From the human T2T-CHM13v2.0 reference genome, Homo sapiens, in NCBI RefSeq assembly GCF_009914755.1, contig NC_060934.1: DNA of 64,000 nucleotides. One strand, given 5' to 3'. The notes under the pieces are model-generated. The model ran no database searches. It worked only from the letters and a program-made list of their open reading frames with translations, and was not told the DNA's origin. The first letter of the stretch is position 1; the number at the start of each line of letters is the position of its first letter. This document shows positions 1 to 13,528 of this stretch, in pieces. A program made the position numbers and the translations under genes.

Positions 1-959
1 CAAAGGCACATTATTAGGAAGGACTTCATATTCTTCGATCAATACTCCAAAATCACAGTTGAATGGATTTTATGGAAACCGATCAGCTGGTAGCATGCAA
101 AGGCCTAGAGCGAACTCCTGTGCCACCAGAAGCAGTTCTGGAGAAAGCTTAGCTCAATCCCCAGACAGTAGTAAATCTATTAATTGTGAAAAAATGGTAA
201 GGTCACAAAGTTTTTCACATTCCATTCAGAATTCATTCCTTCCACCTTCATCTATAACCAGATCACATTCCTTTAATAGAGCTGTGGATCTTACAAAGCC
301 TTATCAGAACCAACAGCTATCCATTAGAGTGCCTCTACGGTCAAGTATGCTAACAAGAAATTCCCGGCAGCCAGAAGTACTCAATGGGAATGAACATTTG
401 GGGTATGGATTTAATAGGCCTTATGCTGCTGGTGGAAAGAAGTTGGCTTTACCAAATGGCCCAGGTGTAACTTCTACTTTAGGTTATAGAATGGTTCATC
501 CCTCTCTACTGAAATCTAGCCGATCTCCATTTTCTGGGACTATGACAGTTGATGGAAATAAAAATTCACCTGCTGACACATGTGTAGAGGAAGATGCTAC
601 AGTTTTGGCTAAGGACAGAGCTGCTAATAAGGACCAAGAACTGATTGAAAATGAAAGTTATAGAACAAAAAACAACCAGACCATGAAACATGATGCTAAA
701 ATGAGATACCTGAGTGATGATGTGGATGACATTTCCTTGTCGTCTTTGTCATCTTCTGATAAGAATGATTTAAGTGAAGACTTTAGTGATGATTTTATAG
801 ATATAGAAGACTCCAACAGAACTAGAATAACTCCAGAGGAAATGTCTCTCAAAGAAGAGAAACATGAAAATGGGCCACCACAGGATATGTTTGATTCCCC
901 CAAGGAAAATGAAAAAGCCTTCAGTAAAACTGATGAATGGATAGATATAAGTGTCTCTG
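1..959 (+). CDS. CCSER2: CCSER2 large Ser-rich coding exon (exon 2 by recalled numbering); 5' end lies outside the window
   Basis: Frame is open from position 2 (KGTLLGRTSYSSINTPKSQLNGFYG...DDISLSSLSSSDKNDLSEDFSDDFIDIED...EWIDISVS). The ORF-track 'M' at 59 is an internal TTG. Donor CTG|GTAAAT at 959/960, phase 1, joins in frame to the next exon. Peptide recognised as CCSER2. Confidence 0.93.
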
Positions 960-2108
960 GTAAATATTACTTACCTTAAGTTTTTTTGCTTTCTTTTAAA
1001 TAATATAACTGAACTTACATTTAGGATTATCTTCAGATAGATTTCAAGATATTATCAGTTTCACGGAGGGATAGATCTAGACAAAATTGAGGTGGGTTAA
1101 CGTTTATTTTCCTGTGACTTTTGCTCCATACCCCATTTTTCACCCTATCCAAGACAATATTAATAAAACCACTCTTAACCTTTGTTGTTCTTTGGCTGTT
1201 ATACACAGCCTATTCCTGCTTAGTATATGCAGTGCTTCTAAATGACTTCCCCTGCTTACCTCAACCAGTGTGGTATGCCATTAAACAAACCATCTCTTCT
1301 CTTAGGATAGCATTTCATTGCTATTTGTTAAGAGTAAAGCTGTACCAAAGGGTACAATGAGATAATATAGGTTATGTCTAATCTCACGGATTTTTTTATC
1401 CTAGAAAATTCTTCTTGTTTAGCAATTTTTTAGATACACTTCCTGAGAGAGCTTTATTTATTTATTAAACTGAAGAAAGTGAAATAATACCTGTTAAACA
1501 TTTCCTCTTATGTTTGGTTATCCTGTTACTAAATGCTGGATAAAATGTATTTGGTATTTGTATGCCCATATACCTGAATAAAGAACAACTAAAGGGATTA
1601 GATATAGACATGTGGTATAATCAGGGGACTAGATCGTGCATAGAAATGCATGTACAAACCCTTGATTGTCTATAGGTCTTCTAAAAGAGACTGCCGGAAC
1701 AAGTTTATTTCCTTATAGGGAGGCAATTATGAGTACCCTACATTATTTAATCTATGAAGTTAAATAGTGTACACAGAGGAAAAGGAGTTTCCTGGCCAGT
1801 GTTTAAAAATAAATATCTTGGGAAATATAGGAATATGAGGGTTTATTTACATTTTTGGAAATATTACAGAAGTGAAAGATGACTAAATGAATTTTCTTTT
1901 CCTCTATTAGAAAATATTTCAGTAGGTTATTTTAAAGATTTTGGCTCTTGATGTTTTTATTGCTTAGGATATAGAAAATGCTACAGTTATGAGTGCTTTT
2001 TTTGAGCCAGCTTTTTTGCTATGATATATCAAATTATTAGCACTTATATTTTTAGGACACGAGAAACAATTATATTTTTGTGAATCAGTAACCTTTTTTC
2101 TCTTGAAG

Positions 2109-2305
2109 ACAGGAGTGAATGTACAAAACATACTTCTGGGAATAATTTGGTTTCACCAGATACAGACTACAGAGCTGGTTCTTCGTTTGAACTCTCTCCA
2201 TCTGATAGCTCTGATGGAACATACATGTGGGATGAAGAAGGCTTGGAACCCATTGGAAATGTCCATCCAGTTGGGAGCTATGAGTCCTCTGAAATGAACA
2301 GCATA
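2109..2305 (+). CDS. CCSER2: CCSER2 coding exon 3 (197 nt)
   Basis: Pyrimidine tract plus AG at 2107-2108. G+AC gives D, then RSECTKHTSGNNLVSPDTDYRAGSSFELSPSDSSDGTYMWDEEGLEPIGNVHPVGSYESSEMNSI. Donor ATA|GTATGT at 2305/2306, phase 0. Confidence 0.93.
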
Positions 2306-2474
2306 GTATGTATGGATTTATATACTCTTGGAATATTTTGTTTACCCTACTATAGAGAGACTTGTGATATGATTGATTTTGTAAAAAATTTATGAATTAA
2401 CTTTACTACTTTGAGAAATGGAAATTCATATTTGTTAAGAGCCTATAAAATATCTGACTCTAATATGAAATAAA
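2306..2474 (+). other. Candidate exon-3 read-through terminal extension (29 aa) with intronic poly(A) signal
   Basis: Frame stays open past the donor: VCMDLYTLGIFCLPYYRETCDMIDFVKNL, TGA at 2393-2395. AATAAA at 2469-2474. Confidence 0.55.
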
Positions 2475-2574
2475 GCATGGAGAATATATGACATTTGACT
2501 TAAATATACTCAACATGTTTACATATATATTCCTCATACATATGTGCATACTATATTAGTAGTTTAATCTATGC

Positions 2575-2766
2575 CAGTGGTTCTCAAAGACTGGGGGAGG
2601 AGGTCAATGACTGGAGGTGGTTTTGGTTGTCATATTGATGAGTGCTTCTTGGCATCTAGTGGGTAGATGCCAAGGATGTTGTTTAACATCCCACAGTCCA
2701 CAAGACAGAGACCACAATGAATTATCTAGCCTAAGATGGCAGTACTGCTGCTGTTGAGAAACCTTG
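2575..2766. mobile_element. MER20-like hAT DNA transposon relic
   Basis: Termini cagtggttctcaa...ttgagaaaccttg are inverted repeats. Internal ggcatctagtgggtagatgccaaggatg matches the recalled MER20 consensus. Confidence 0.75.
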
Positions 2767-2989
2767 GCCTGTGCTATACTGAGGTAACATTGAAGTGCCA
2801 ACTCTCAGTGGGATAATACAATACAAGTGTATTATTTTACTCTTAGAAAGTTTGTTGTGGGTCTGGACAGCTCTCTAGGGCAGCTGTCTTTAGTGATCTA
2901 AACTACTTTGATTTTGGGGCTTGACCATCTTTTGAGGTCCCTTCTTTTCACTATGGCAGAGGAAGAGAGTGCCAGAGGGTCTCACACGT

Positions 2990-3140
2990 ATAATTACTTG
3001 CATTGGCCTGCAGGCAACACTTGGCACTTCCGTTCATGATCTGTTGACCAGAACTAATCATGTGGTCCCATCTGAGTACTAAAGGGACAGGAAGTGTAAT
3101 CTTTGTGTGTGCCTGGAAGGCAAGGGAATCAGCTATGGGC
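2990..3140. mobile_element. Old MaLR (MLT1-type) LTR fragment
   Basis: cacttccgttcatgatctgttgaccagaactaatcatgtggtcccatc...ggaagtgtaatc resembles MLT1J/K. Confidence 0.45.
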
Positions 3141-3587
3141 AAGTGTTAGAAGACCTGCCATGAATTTATATGTGCATATTTTAAGAAACATGGCAAGTAA
3201 TGTGGATAATATGCCATATGGGTAAAGTGTAATTGGTATGTTTAAAGTGACTCATTGCAGTTATTCAGTATATAAAATACGATTTTCCAGTAGTTGTATG
3301 GGAAAATTGGTAGTCTGTGGATATATTAAATTCCAAGTGGATTTCAGGCAATGTAATTTTCTATACTCCTATAAACCTTTTACTTAAGCCATTGTTAACG
3401 GAGGCTTAAATTGCACAAACATTTTTTTTAACCGTTGTCAACACCTTGCATACAAACATTTAATTTAGAGACAGTGTCTTCATCTCATTAGATAAAGGAG
3501 GCTCAGAAAAGATAACAGTTTAAGACCTTATATGCTGTCTTACTAGGAGTTTTAAGGCAAATATGATTGAAGTGCAAATGAAAAAGG

Positions 3588-3606
3588 TGTCCAGCAGATG
3601 GCAGCA
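3588..3606 (+). promoter_or_regulatory. CTCF motif (forward)
   Basis: TGTCCAGCAGATGGCAGCA fits the core consensus CCASYAGRKGGCRS, in apparently non-repeat DNA. Confidence 0.6.
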
Positions 3607-6600
3607 ATAAACCACTTAGTACCTGACAGTTTTTGGAGGCTAACCACCTTGATTCAGTTCATTGTTCCTGTAACTAATCACAAAATAGCTTTCTGTCAAA
3701 GATTTCAGAATGCATCTGGATTAACTGTTAGTCCTTAAGATCCATGAGTTTCCTCCTTGTTCAGTAGGTTTATGTCTATTGGTATGGGAAGAAAAAAACA
3801 TCCATTCTGTGCTTTGGAACAAGATGGTGTTTCTGTCTTTCTCTTCTGATCTAAGGAGAAGATGACAAAGTCTGAGAAAGAATAGAGAGTTGATGGCAAA
3901 AGTTGAGAACCATGTGTTGAGTTCTCGTACAGTGATGTAGGATTTACCATTTTTGCTCTGAAGTTACGTGAATTTTTTGTTTTGTATAAATTTTAGGCGT
4001 GTACCTGTTCAGAATTGTTGGTTTGTTTTTTTTTTTTTTTGGTGAATTGGACTTTCCATCATTACTTAGTGATCTTCTCTATCTCTAACTATGCTTTTTG
4101 TTTTCACACTCCTTTTTTTCCAAATATTAATATACCTTACCAGTTTTATTTATATATTTTCTCTTCTTTTACTATCAGCCTTTTTTATGTATAGCAAATA
4201 GTTTATTATTTTAAAATTTTCAGTTTGTCTTTTTCTTTTGACTAGTGAGTTTAATCCTTTTATGTTTGTATTGTTATACTTGGACTGTATTTACTCTGCC
4301 ATCTTATTATTTTTATTTAAATTGTCTTGCTTTTTTTTTCTGTTTCTTTTTCTTTTTTTTTTTTCCTACAGTGGTTCAAAGTAGTATCTCTTACTTAACC
4401 CCTCAAGACCTTTAGCATATTCTCACTTTTCTTGTCTCTGCAACACTGCTTCTACCAGTCCAGGTAAAGATAAGGAGCTTTCACTAGAATGTACATCAAC
4501 TGTGTCACTTCTAACACAGTTTAGTTCCACCCACTGTTCATTTCTGCTGACATTGTTTTTGTAGTAAGTCTTCCTTTTTGAAAGAAACAATGTGTTGATA
4601 TACATTCTGATGCAATCTCCTAATCATGTCAAGGATCCCAACAAATAGTTTGTAGACTGATTACTTTTCATAACACCAGTCTAGAATCCTGGCTATTTAT
4701 TTGTTTACATGCTACCAGTATTATGCAGAGGTCTGATTTACGTACAGTAAAATGCACAAATCTTCTGCAGACAGACCAGAGAATTTTGATAAATTTGTAT
4801 GCTTGTTTGACAATCATCCATATTAAGATATAGAATACTCCCATCGCTCCAGAGTGTTCCCTTTCTGTTCCTTTCAGTCAGTCATTCTCTTACTCTGCAA
4901 TCACTGTTGGTTTCGGTCACTATAAATTAGCTTTGACTGTTCTTGAACTTTATATAAATGAAATCATAAAGGTGCTGGTTTATATCTAGCTTCTTTTCAT
5001 TAATATTATGTATTTGTCAGTTGTAGTTTCTTTACTCTTGTATCATATTCCTTTGTGTGAATATACTACAACTTATCTTATTGTTCATGGGCATTTAGGT
5101 TGGTTCCAGTTTCTGGCTATTAGAGTATTGCATGATTGTGAAGATTTTGATATATGTTTTTTTGGTGAACACTTATTCATTTTTGTTGGGAAAATGTGTA
5201 GGAGAGAGATTCCTGGGTTATAGGCTATGCTGATGGATAAAGATGCTGTCAGTGTTTCAAAGTGATTGTGCCTGTTTACACTCCCCACTGGCAGTAAATG
5301 AACATTCCGGAAAATTCACCTTCTTGTCTATTCTTGGTGCTTTCTGCCTTTTTGCATTTTTGCTATTTTGTGGGTATAGTAGTATTGCATTGAGATTTTG
5401 TCTTGTATTTTTTGATAACTACTCACAGAGCACCTTCACATATGTTTATTGGGCCATTAGGATATATCCTCTTCTGTGAAGTGTCTTGTGTTGGGTTTGT
5501 TTTCTTAATGATTTGTAAAAATTCTTCATATTTTTTGACATAAATATTTATTTTATATCAATATGTAGATGTTTGTATTCATGTGTATATTTACATTTTA
5601 TATATGTAGAGTGTATTCTTTACTGTGAGTTGCTTTTGAAATCTCTTAGTGTCTGTTGATATAGAACTTACCAATTTTGATATTGTCCAGTTTTACAAGT
5701 TTTCCCTTTACCGTTACCACTTTTTAAAAAACTGTTTGTGAAGTCTTTTCCCACCTTAATATCATGAATATATGTTTCAATGTTTTGCTCTAAAAGCATT
5801 ATTTATTTTTAACCTTTTACCTGTAGGTCTCTAGTCCCCATCTGGAAATTATTTTTCTGTATGGTGTGAGATAGATGTCACGATTAATTTATTTTAGTCA
5901 TCTTTCCCCCACTGTACTTCAGGGTCATCTTTGTCATAAATCAGTGACTGCATATATAAATATTTCATTGCATAGACAAATATTTCTGTTTATTTTGTCA
6001 GTTATATGTTATTTTCATTATCGTAGCTTTAAAATAAATTTTGCTGCCTGGTAGGGTAAGTCTTCCAGCTTTGTTCTTTTCCAAGATTTCTGTAGCACTT
6101 CTTAACCTTTTGTATTTCCAATTAAATATTAGAATGAGCTTGTCCGTTTCCAGGAAGGACCTGCAGGGATTTTGAATGGGATTGCATTGAATTTATAGAT
6201 GATTTTGGAGAGAATTGACATATTTATGATGGAGATATAGTCCTCCATTAATTTCAGACTTTAGAAATACTTCTTGCTAATGTTTTGTACTTTTCTATAA
6301 AATGTTATGCATGTTTGATTTTGACACTGTAAGTGGTACCATTTTTATAATTTTATGAGTTTTTGTTGTATATACAAATATACCTGATTTTTATCATGTA
6401 TATTGGACTTTTCTAATAACCTTGTAAATTCATCTACTAGTTATAATAATTTGCCTTTGGATGATTTTGGAACTTGTATATACATTCTATAATCATACCA
6501 TTTGCAAAAAAGTTGCCTCACCACCCCAGCGCTTGCCCTATTACACAAGTTAGGACCACCAACGTGATGTTGAATTGAAATGGTGATAGAATTTCAGAGA

Positions 6601-6920
6601 GAAAGCCTTAATAGTTCACCATTAAAGTTTTTGGGAGTTGAGAGGGAGTTTAATCAGAGTATGGAAATTCTCTTTTATTTTGTTTGCTGAATTTTTGTTG
6701 TGAATGAATATTAAGTTTTACCAAATGCTTTCTCTACATCTGTTGAGATAATGAAGTTTTTTTTGTGTTAGTGTGGTAGATTGCATGGCTTGATTTTCAA
6801 ATAGTAAACTACCTTTCCATTCTTAGAATACATTCACTTGGTCGTGATGTATTATCTTTTCAAATGTTGTTAAACTAGATTTTCTAATTTTTATATTTTA
6901 AAATTATTTTTTAAAATTAA

Positions 6921-7230
<310 letters not shown>

Positions 7231-7234
7231 TAAT

Positions 7235-7360
7235 TTTTAGAAAAGAGATAGGGTCTGTCTCTTTTTGTCCAGTCTGGCCTTGAACTCCTGGGCTGAAGTA
7301 ATCCTCCTCCCACAGTCTCCCAAGTAGCTGGGACTACAGGTGCATGCCACTATACCCAGC
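7235..7360 (-). mobile_element. Old Alu monomer (FLAM/AluJ-type)
   Basis: gagatagggtct...tgaactcctgggctgaagtaatcctcc...gtagctgggactacaggtgcatgccac. Confidence 0.75.
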
Positions 7361-9183
7361 TCTGCTAATAGTCTATGTTTTTGCATGTATGTTCATGAGT
7401 AAGATTGTTCTACTCTGTAATTTTCTTGTTTTTCTACTTGTTCTTGCCATGTTTTGGTATCAAGATCATGCTGGCTTTATAATGAGTTGAGAAGTGTTTC
7501 TTATTTTTCTGTCCTTTGAAAGAATTTGTGTACAACTAATGTGCTTATTCCTTAGGTATGTAAAAGAATTTGCCAGAATTCAGCCTTCTGGACCTGGAGT
7601 TTTCTTTATGAGAAGGTTTTTAATAACAGTTTTAATTTTTAGATATTGGCATATTAAAATTTGTATGTATATTCGTGTTGGTTTTTGAAAATTTGTCCAT
7701 TTCATCTAAACTTGTCATTTGTTGGTGAAAGTTGTTTAGGATTATCCTCTTTTTAACATCTTATAGGGACGTCTGCTTTTCATTCCTAATACTGGTTATT
7801 GGTGTTTCCTCTCTTTTTCTTCATTTCCAAGAACCAAATTTGGGCTTTGCTGATTTTTCTATATTGTGCTTATTTTCTGTTTTTATTGATTTTGGTTTAT
7901 ATCTTTATTTCCTTTCTTCTACTTTTCTTTAGTTTAATTTGTTTTTTCTTTTCCAAAGTTTTTGACATGGAAACTAGATAATTGATTTTTAGCCTTTCTC
8001 CCTTCTCTGGCATATGAATGAATTCTCATAAAGAGAAGCCTTTATTATTTGGGAAAGAATGCATTCAGTAAACACCCTAGTAGTAAATATAGCAGTTAGT
8101 TTCTTTTTATGTGCGTTGTTTTAAAATTATGAATTCTAAGGCATGTTGTATAGGCCATTATCCTTAATGCATTTATATATCCATGAACAATATACAGTAT
8201 GATTTTGTACGTATTTTACAACTTAGGTAAGTGATATGTAATATTCTACAGGTTTCTTTTTTAACTCAATTTTATGTTTTTTGTGTATATGTGTATTTAT
8301 ATTGTAGTTCTAATTCATATTTATTACTTTATAATATTCTGTCATTTGAATATACCTGTATTTTTCTCTGTTCCCCTGCTAATCTACATTTCAGTTATTC
8401 TTTATTGCTAATAATAATGTCTACATGGTGTAGCAGTGAACATTCGGATTCAATTCTCTTTGATCATATAAGTCAGTTTCTTTAGGATATAAACCTAGCT
8501 ATAGCGTTCCTAGGATATAAAACTAGGAATAGTGTATTTTCAACTTTAATGATATTATCAAACTTCTCCCTAAAATGGTCCTACCAGTGTATACCTTCCA
8601 GTAGAGGATGAGAATTTCTGTCACTTATCATCTGAACCCCATATGTCGTCATCTGACTTCAACATTTTAATCAGTCTGGTGAGTGTGAGATGATACATAA
8701 TTTTAATTTACATTTATACTATTATTGATTTTGTCATTTTTTTCACACATTTTACTGGCAGTTTTGTTTCCTTTTATGTAAATTTTTACTTCAGTGATTT
8801 TTCAGTTGGGTTTTGCCATTTTTCTTATTGATATGGAAGAGTTTTTTATGTGGTTGGAATTTAATTCTTGTTAAATGTGTTGCAGTAATCTTCTCTGAGC
8901 CTGTTGCTTCTGTTTTGTTTTTTGTATCTTTTTACCGTTCATAGTTTTTGCTTTTGACAATTAAATCTAGTAATGTTTTACTTCATTGTTTTTGCTTCAC
9001 ATGCTCATATATGGCGTGTGTGTGTAAGACACCCATTCCCATCCTAAGGCCATAGAGGTATTTTGTTTACAGAGAGATGTTATTGCATAATGATTAAGAG
9101 CCAGGGCTCCGGAACAAGCTAAGTTAAAACTTCACCTCTGTCATGTACTAGCTGTGTCTCCTTGGATTCTCTGTGTTCCTTTT

Positions 9184-9489
9184 CTTTTTTTTTTTTTTTT
9201 TGAGACAGAGTGTAGCTGTGTCGCCCAGGCTGGAGTGCAGTGGCGCAATCTCGACTTACTGTAAGCTCCGCCTTCCTGGGTTCACGCCATTCTCCTGTCT
9301 CAGCCTCCCAAGTAGCTGGGACTGCAGGTGCCTGCCACCACGCCAGGCTAATTTTTTTGTATTTTTAGTAGAGATGGGGTTTCACCGTGTTAGCCAGGAT
9401 GGTCTCGATCTCCTGACCTCGTGATCTGCCCACCTCGGCCTCCCAAAGTGCTGGGAGTAATCCCAGGGCGTGAGCCACCATGCCCAGCC
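9184..9489 (-). mobile_element. AluY-type element inserted into a MIR
   Basis: AluY-diagnostic gggttcacgccattctcctg and ccgtgttagccaggatggtctcgatctc. TSD tctctgtgttcctttt on both sides. MIR-like flanks about 9085-9580. Confidence 0.93.
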
Positions 9490-9834
9490 TCTCTGTGTTC
9501 CTTTTTAAAAAATATAGATGGTAATTGTACGCACCTCCAGGGCTGATGTTAGGAAGTACATGCCTGAATGGTATGACAGTCATGTGATTCCCTGGTGATA
9601 CTGGTTGTTGTGTATTTTGAGTATCATCTCTCACTAACTCATGGGATTACTATGAACATTAAATGAGGTCATATATATAAAGTACTTATTAATGCCAGGG
9701 ATATAACAAGAGCTCAGCAGATGTTTGTTATTTTGCTTTCTAATTGTTTTGTTTTACATTTAAGACTTCATCCGAAGTTGGTATTAGGCACAATAATTTA
9801 CACTCATTAATATTCTTCCACAATATGCTTGGGG

Positions 9835-10698
9835 TGCTATGCAGAAAAGAGTTAATGTCGCAGGTCTAAGATTGCCTCTTCTTAGATAACCCGCTTGAAA
9901 GGTTGGCACTTGGCTGGTAAACAGTTCCTTAGAGTGCTATAAAACTTTTCATAAATGATAAGAGCACAGTAGGCTTGCTGTGCCTAAACTGTTTGCACAG
10001 ATAATGTGATTTATGCTGACTACCTGCTTTCCTTTTGGGAGTCTAGAATTTTGATACATGCGAGGCAGAGGGTACCCACAAGACCATCCCCCAGTGAAAC
10101 CTTGGGAGCTGAGTTTCTTAAGAACATCCACGGTGGGCCGGGCGCGGTGGCTCATGCCTGTAATCCCAGCACTTTGGGAGGCTGAGGCAGGTGGATCACC
10201 TGAGGTCAGGAGTTCAAGACCAGCCTGACCAATACAGTGAAATCCCGTCTCTACTAAAAATACAAAAATAAGCCGAGTGTGGTGGCACGTGCCTGTAGTC
10301 CCAGCTACTCGGGAGGCTAGGAGAATTGCTTGAACCCGGGCGGCAGAGGTTGCAGTGAGCCCAGATCATGCCACACTCCAGCCTGGGTGACAGAGCAAGG
10401 CTTTCTCAAAAAAAAAAAAAAAAAAAAAAGAACATCCGTCGTGGACAAGACTTTGCACTCTTTGCATGTATTGTCACAACTGGTTGCTGGAGGTATTAAG
10501 CACATCCTGTGTAACTCCATTGGGAGAGGACTCTTGGAAGCTTTCACCTGATTTTGCCCCATGTGACTTTTCCTTTCTTATTTTGCTTTGTATCCTGCTG
10601 GAATAAATCTTAGTTGTTAATATTACTGTATGCTGAATCCTTTGACTCCTTTTAGTGAATTTTCTATTTTGGGAGTGGGCTTGGGGACTCCTGACACA
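9835..10698 (+). mobile_element. Solo LTR, MER21-like, split by an Alu
   Basis: TG start (tgctatgcagaaaagagttaa), CA end (ttggggactcctgacaca), internal aataaatcttag. Matches the recalled MER21B/C pattern. Confidence 0.65.
10136..10429 (+). mobile_element. Alu (AluS)
   Basis: ggccgggcgcggtggctca to poly-A. TSD aagaacatccacggtg / aagaacatccgtcgtg. Confidence 0.95.
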
Positions 10699-11767
10699 GG
10701 TACTGATATGAAGTTATCTTTCTTTACTTCGTGATAGCATCTTTTTTTGTTCCTCATCTTTTATATTAGTCCTTTGAAATAGCTATGGACTACCTACTAC
10801 CTTTGGTTTCAGACTAGGATGAATTCTAGAGGAGTTGAGTAAATTGGCACTAATAGGTTAGGAAGTAGTTTACTACTTGTTACACTCTCAGTCTCAGAAT
10901 TTTTGAACTCAATAAACTTTTAACTGATATTTAACTTTCTTGATTAAATATAGCATTTTTTCTGATAAATATTATAATCATTGTATGTGCACAATCTTAG
11001 GCAAAAACATTTTTTTCTCTTGTAAACACAGTGAGCCATACTCAGAATCTTCTTTGCAGCAATGCTAGGACAATACAAGAGCTCTCATTGAAGAATAGTT
11101 GAACTACAATGTCATGATGATTGATTTTCTAACACTGAAATATTTAGGAGGTGATAATTTTAAATCATCACATGGAGTGCCTTTATTTTTGGAATGATTT
11201 TTATAGGAGGCCCAAAGAAGTGTTTGAATCAGATCATCACTGAAAGTATCTGGCTTTATTTTTGTTTTATCAGCCTTGCCTTATCTTCACATAGTGGGGA
11301 AGTTTAACTCCTTATTTAAATGAGATTCTTGTTCACTTTAAAAGGTAGATCCAAAAACTTACTTGTATGCTTTTGACACACCAACAAGTAGGTATGCCTT
11401 CATTTTCATGAGGCTAACACATTTTATTTACATTTTTTAATCTGTGTTTTACTAAGAGGAGAGCTGGCTAGATTTGGGTTTCTACCTTGTGACTGATACA
11501 GCTAGACTTTATTGAGATTTAAATGTCTGCTGAATGTCATAATATTCTTAGCAGTGTTTGCGTGGGTATATGAGTTCCCTAGATTATTTGCACTGAAATT
11601 TGGAATTTCTCTAGTCCAAAAATATGGAAGAAGAATATAAAAATATCAAACCTGGTTTATATTTGCCTTACTTGGTTTTGAGTTTTAGAATGAATTTAGG
11701 AAGTTTTTAATTGCTCTCTAATTTTGTATCTGTGACATTTTACTTCGCTTGGGTTATTTAACTCTAA

Positions 11768-12101
<334 letters not shown>

Positions 12102-13494
12102 GAGGTGCTTTATTCTTTCTAATGTGTATTCACATATACTATCTCAGGTGGTTGCACCTTCTCTACATTTTGCTAGTTTTTCACTTTATTTAACAATATT
12201 ATACTACTGTCAAACTGTTTTCATTAAACTCTGGTGAGATCATATTGTTGTTGCTTTAAATCTGTATCTGAATAACAAAGATCAGAGCAGAACTAAATGA
12301 AATTGAAATTAAAAAATCATAAAAATGATCAATGAAATGAAAACTTGGTTCTTTGTAAGGATAAACAAAATTGACAGGCTGCCAGCTAGATTAGCCAAGA
12401 AAAAAAGAGGAAAGATTCAAATAAGCATGATCAGAAGTGATAAAGGTGATTTTACAACTGATGCCATGGAAATACAAAGGATCATCAGAGACTGCTATGA
12501 ACATCTCTATGTGCACAAACTAGAAAACCTAGAGGAAGTGGATAAATTCCTGCAAACATAACATCCCAAGATTGATCCAGTAAGAAATAAAAATAATGAA
12601 TAATGAAATTGAATTAGTCATTAAAAAAACTACCAACTAAAAAAAGCCCAGGACTGGACAGATTCACAGTCGAATTTTACTAGGCATGCAAGAGAGCTGG
12701 CATCAATCTTACTGAAACTATTCCAAAACATGGAGGAGGCGGAGGAATTCCTTCTTAACTCATTGTATGAAACCAATATCATCCTGGTACCCAAATCTGG
12801 CATGGACACAACAAAAGAAAAAAACTACTGGCCAGTATCCTTGATGAACACACATGCAAAAGTCTTCAACAGAATACTGGCAAACCAAATCAAACAGCAA
12901 CTCAAAAAGATAACTCATCATGATCAAGTGGGTTTTATTTTAGGAATGCAAAGATGTTTCAGCATACACACATCAATAAATGTGACCCACCACATAAACA
13001 GAAAACAAAATCCATATGATCATCTCAATAGATGAAGAAAAAGCATTTGATAAAATACAGCATCCCTTCATGATAAAAACCCTCAGCAAACTAGGCATCA
13101 AAGGAACATACCTGAAAATAATAAGAACCCTATATGATAAACCTGTAGCCAACATCATACTGAATAGGCAAAAGTTGAAAGCATTTCCCCTAAGAGCTGG
13201 AACAAGACGAGGATATCCACTCCCATCACTCCTATCAGCATAGTCCTAGCCAGAGCAAACAGGCAAGAGAAAGAAGTAAAAGCCATCCAAATTATAAAAG
13301 AGGAAGTAAAATTATCTGTTTGTTGTTGATATGATCTTATGCTTAGAAAACCCTAAAGATTCCTCCAAAAGACTTTTAGAATTGATAACTTCAGTAAAGT
13401 TTCAGGATACAAAATTAATATACAAAAATTGGTATATCCATACACCATCAGTGCTCAAACAGAACCAAATTGAGAGCTGAAATCAATTTACAAT

Positions 13495-13496
<2 letters not shown>

Positions 13497-13527
<31 letters not shown>
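13497..13527 (+). repeat. (CA)n microsatellite inside the L1
   Basis: About 15 CA units. Confidence 0.95.

Positions 13528-13528
<1 letters not shown>

Noticed and set aside
658-903. Antisense 81-aa ORF
   Set aside because: Shadow ORF opposite a coding exon, with no independent support.
59-979. 306-aa ORF as a stand-alone gene
   Set aside because: The start is an internal TTG in a frame open from position 2, and the last residues (GKYYLP) are intron read-through past the donor at 960. It is a CCSER2 exon.
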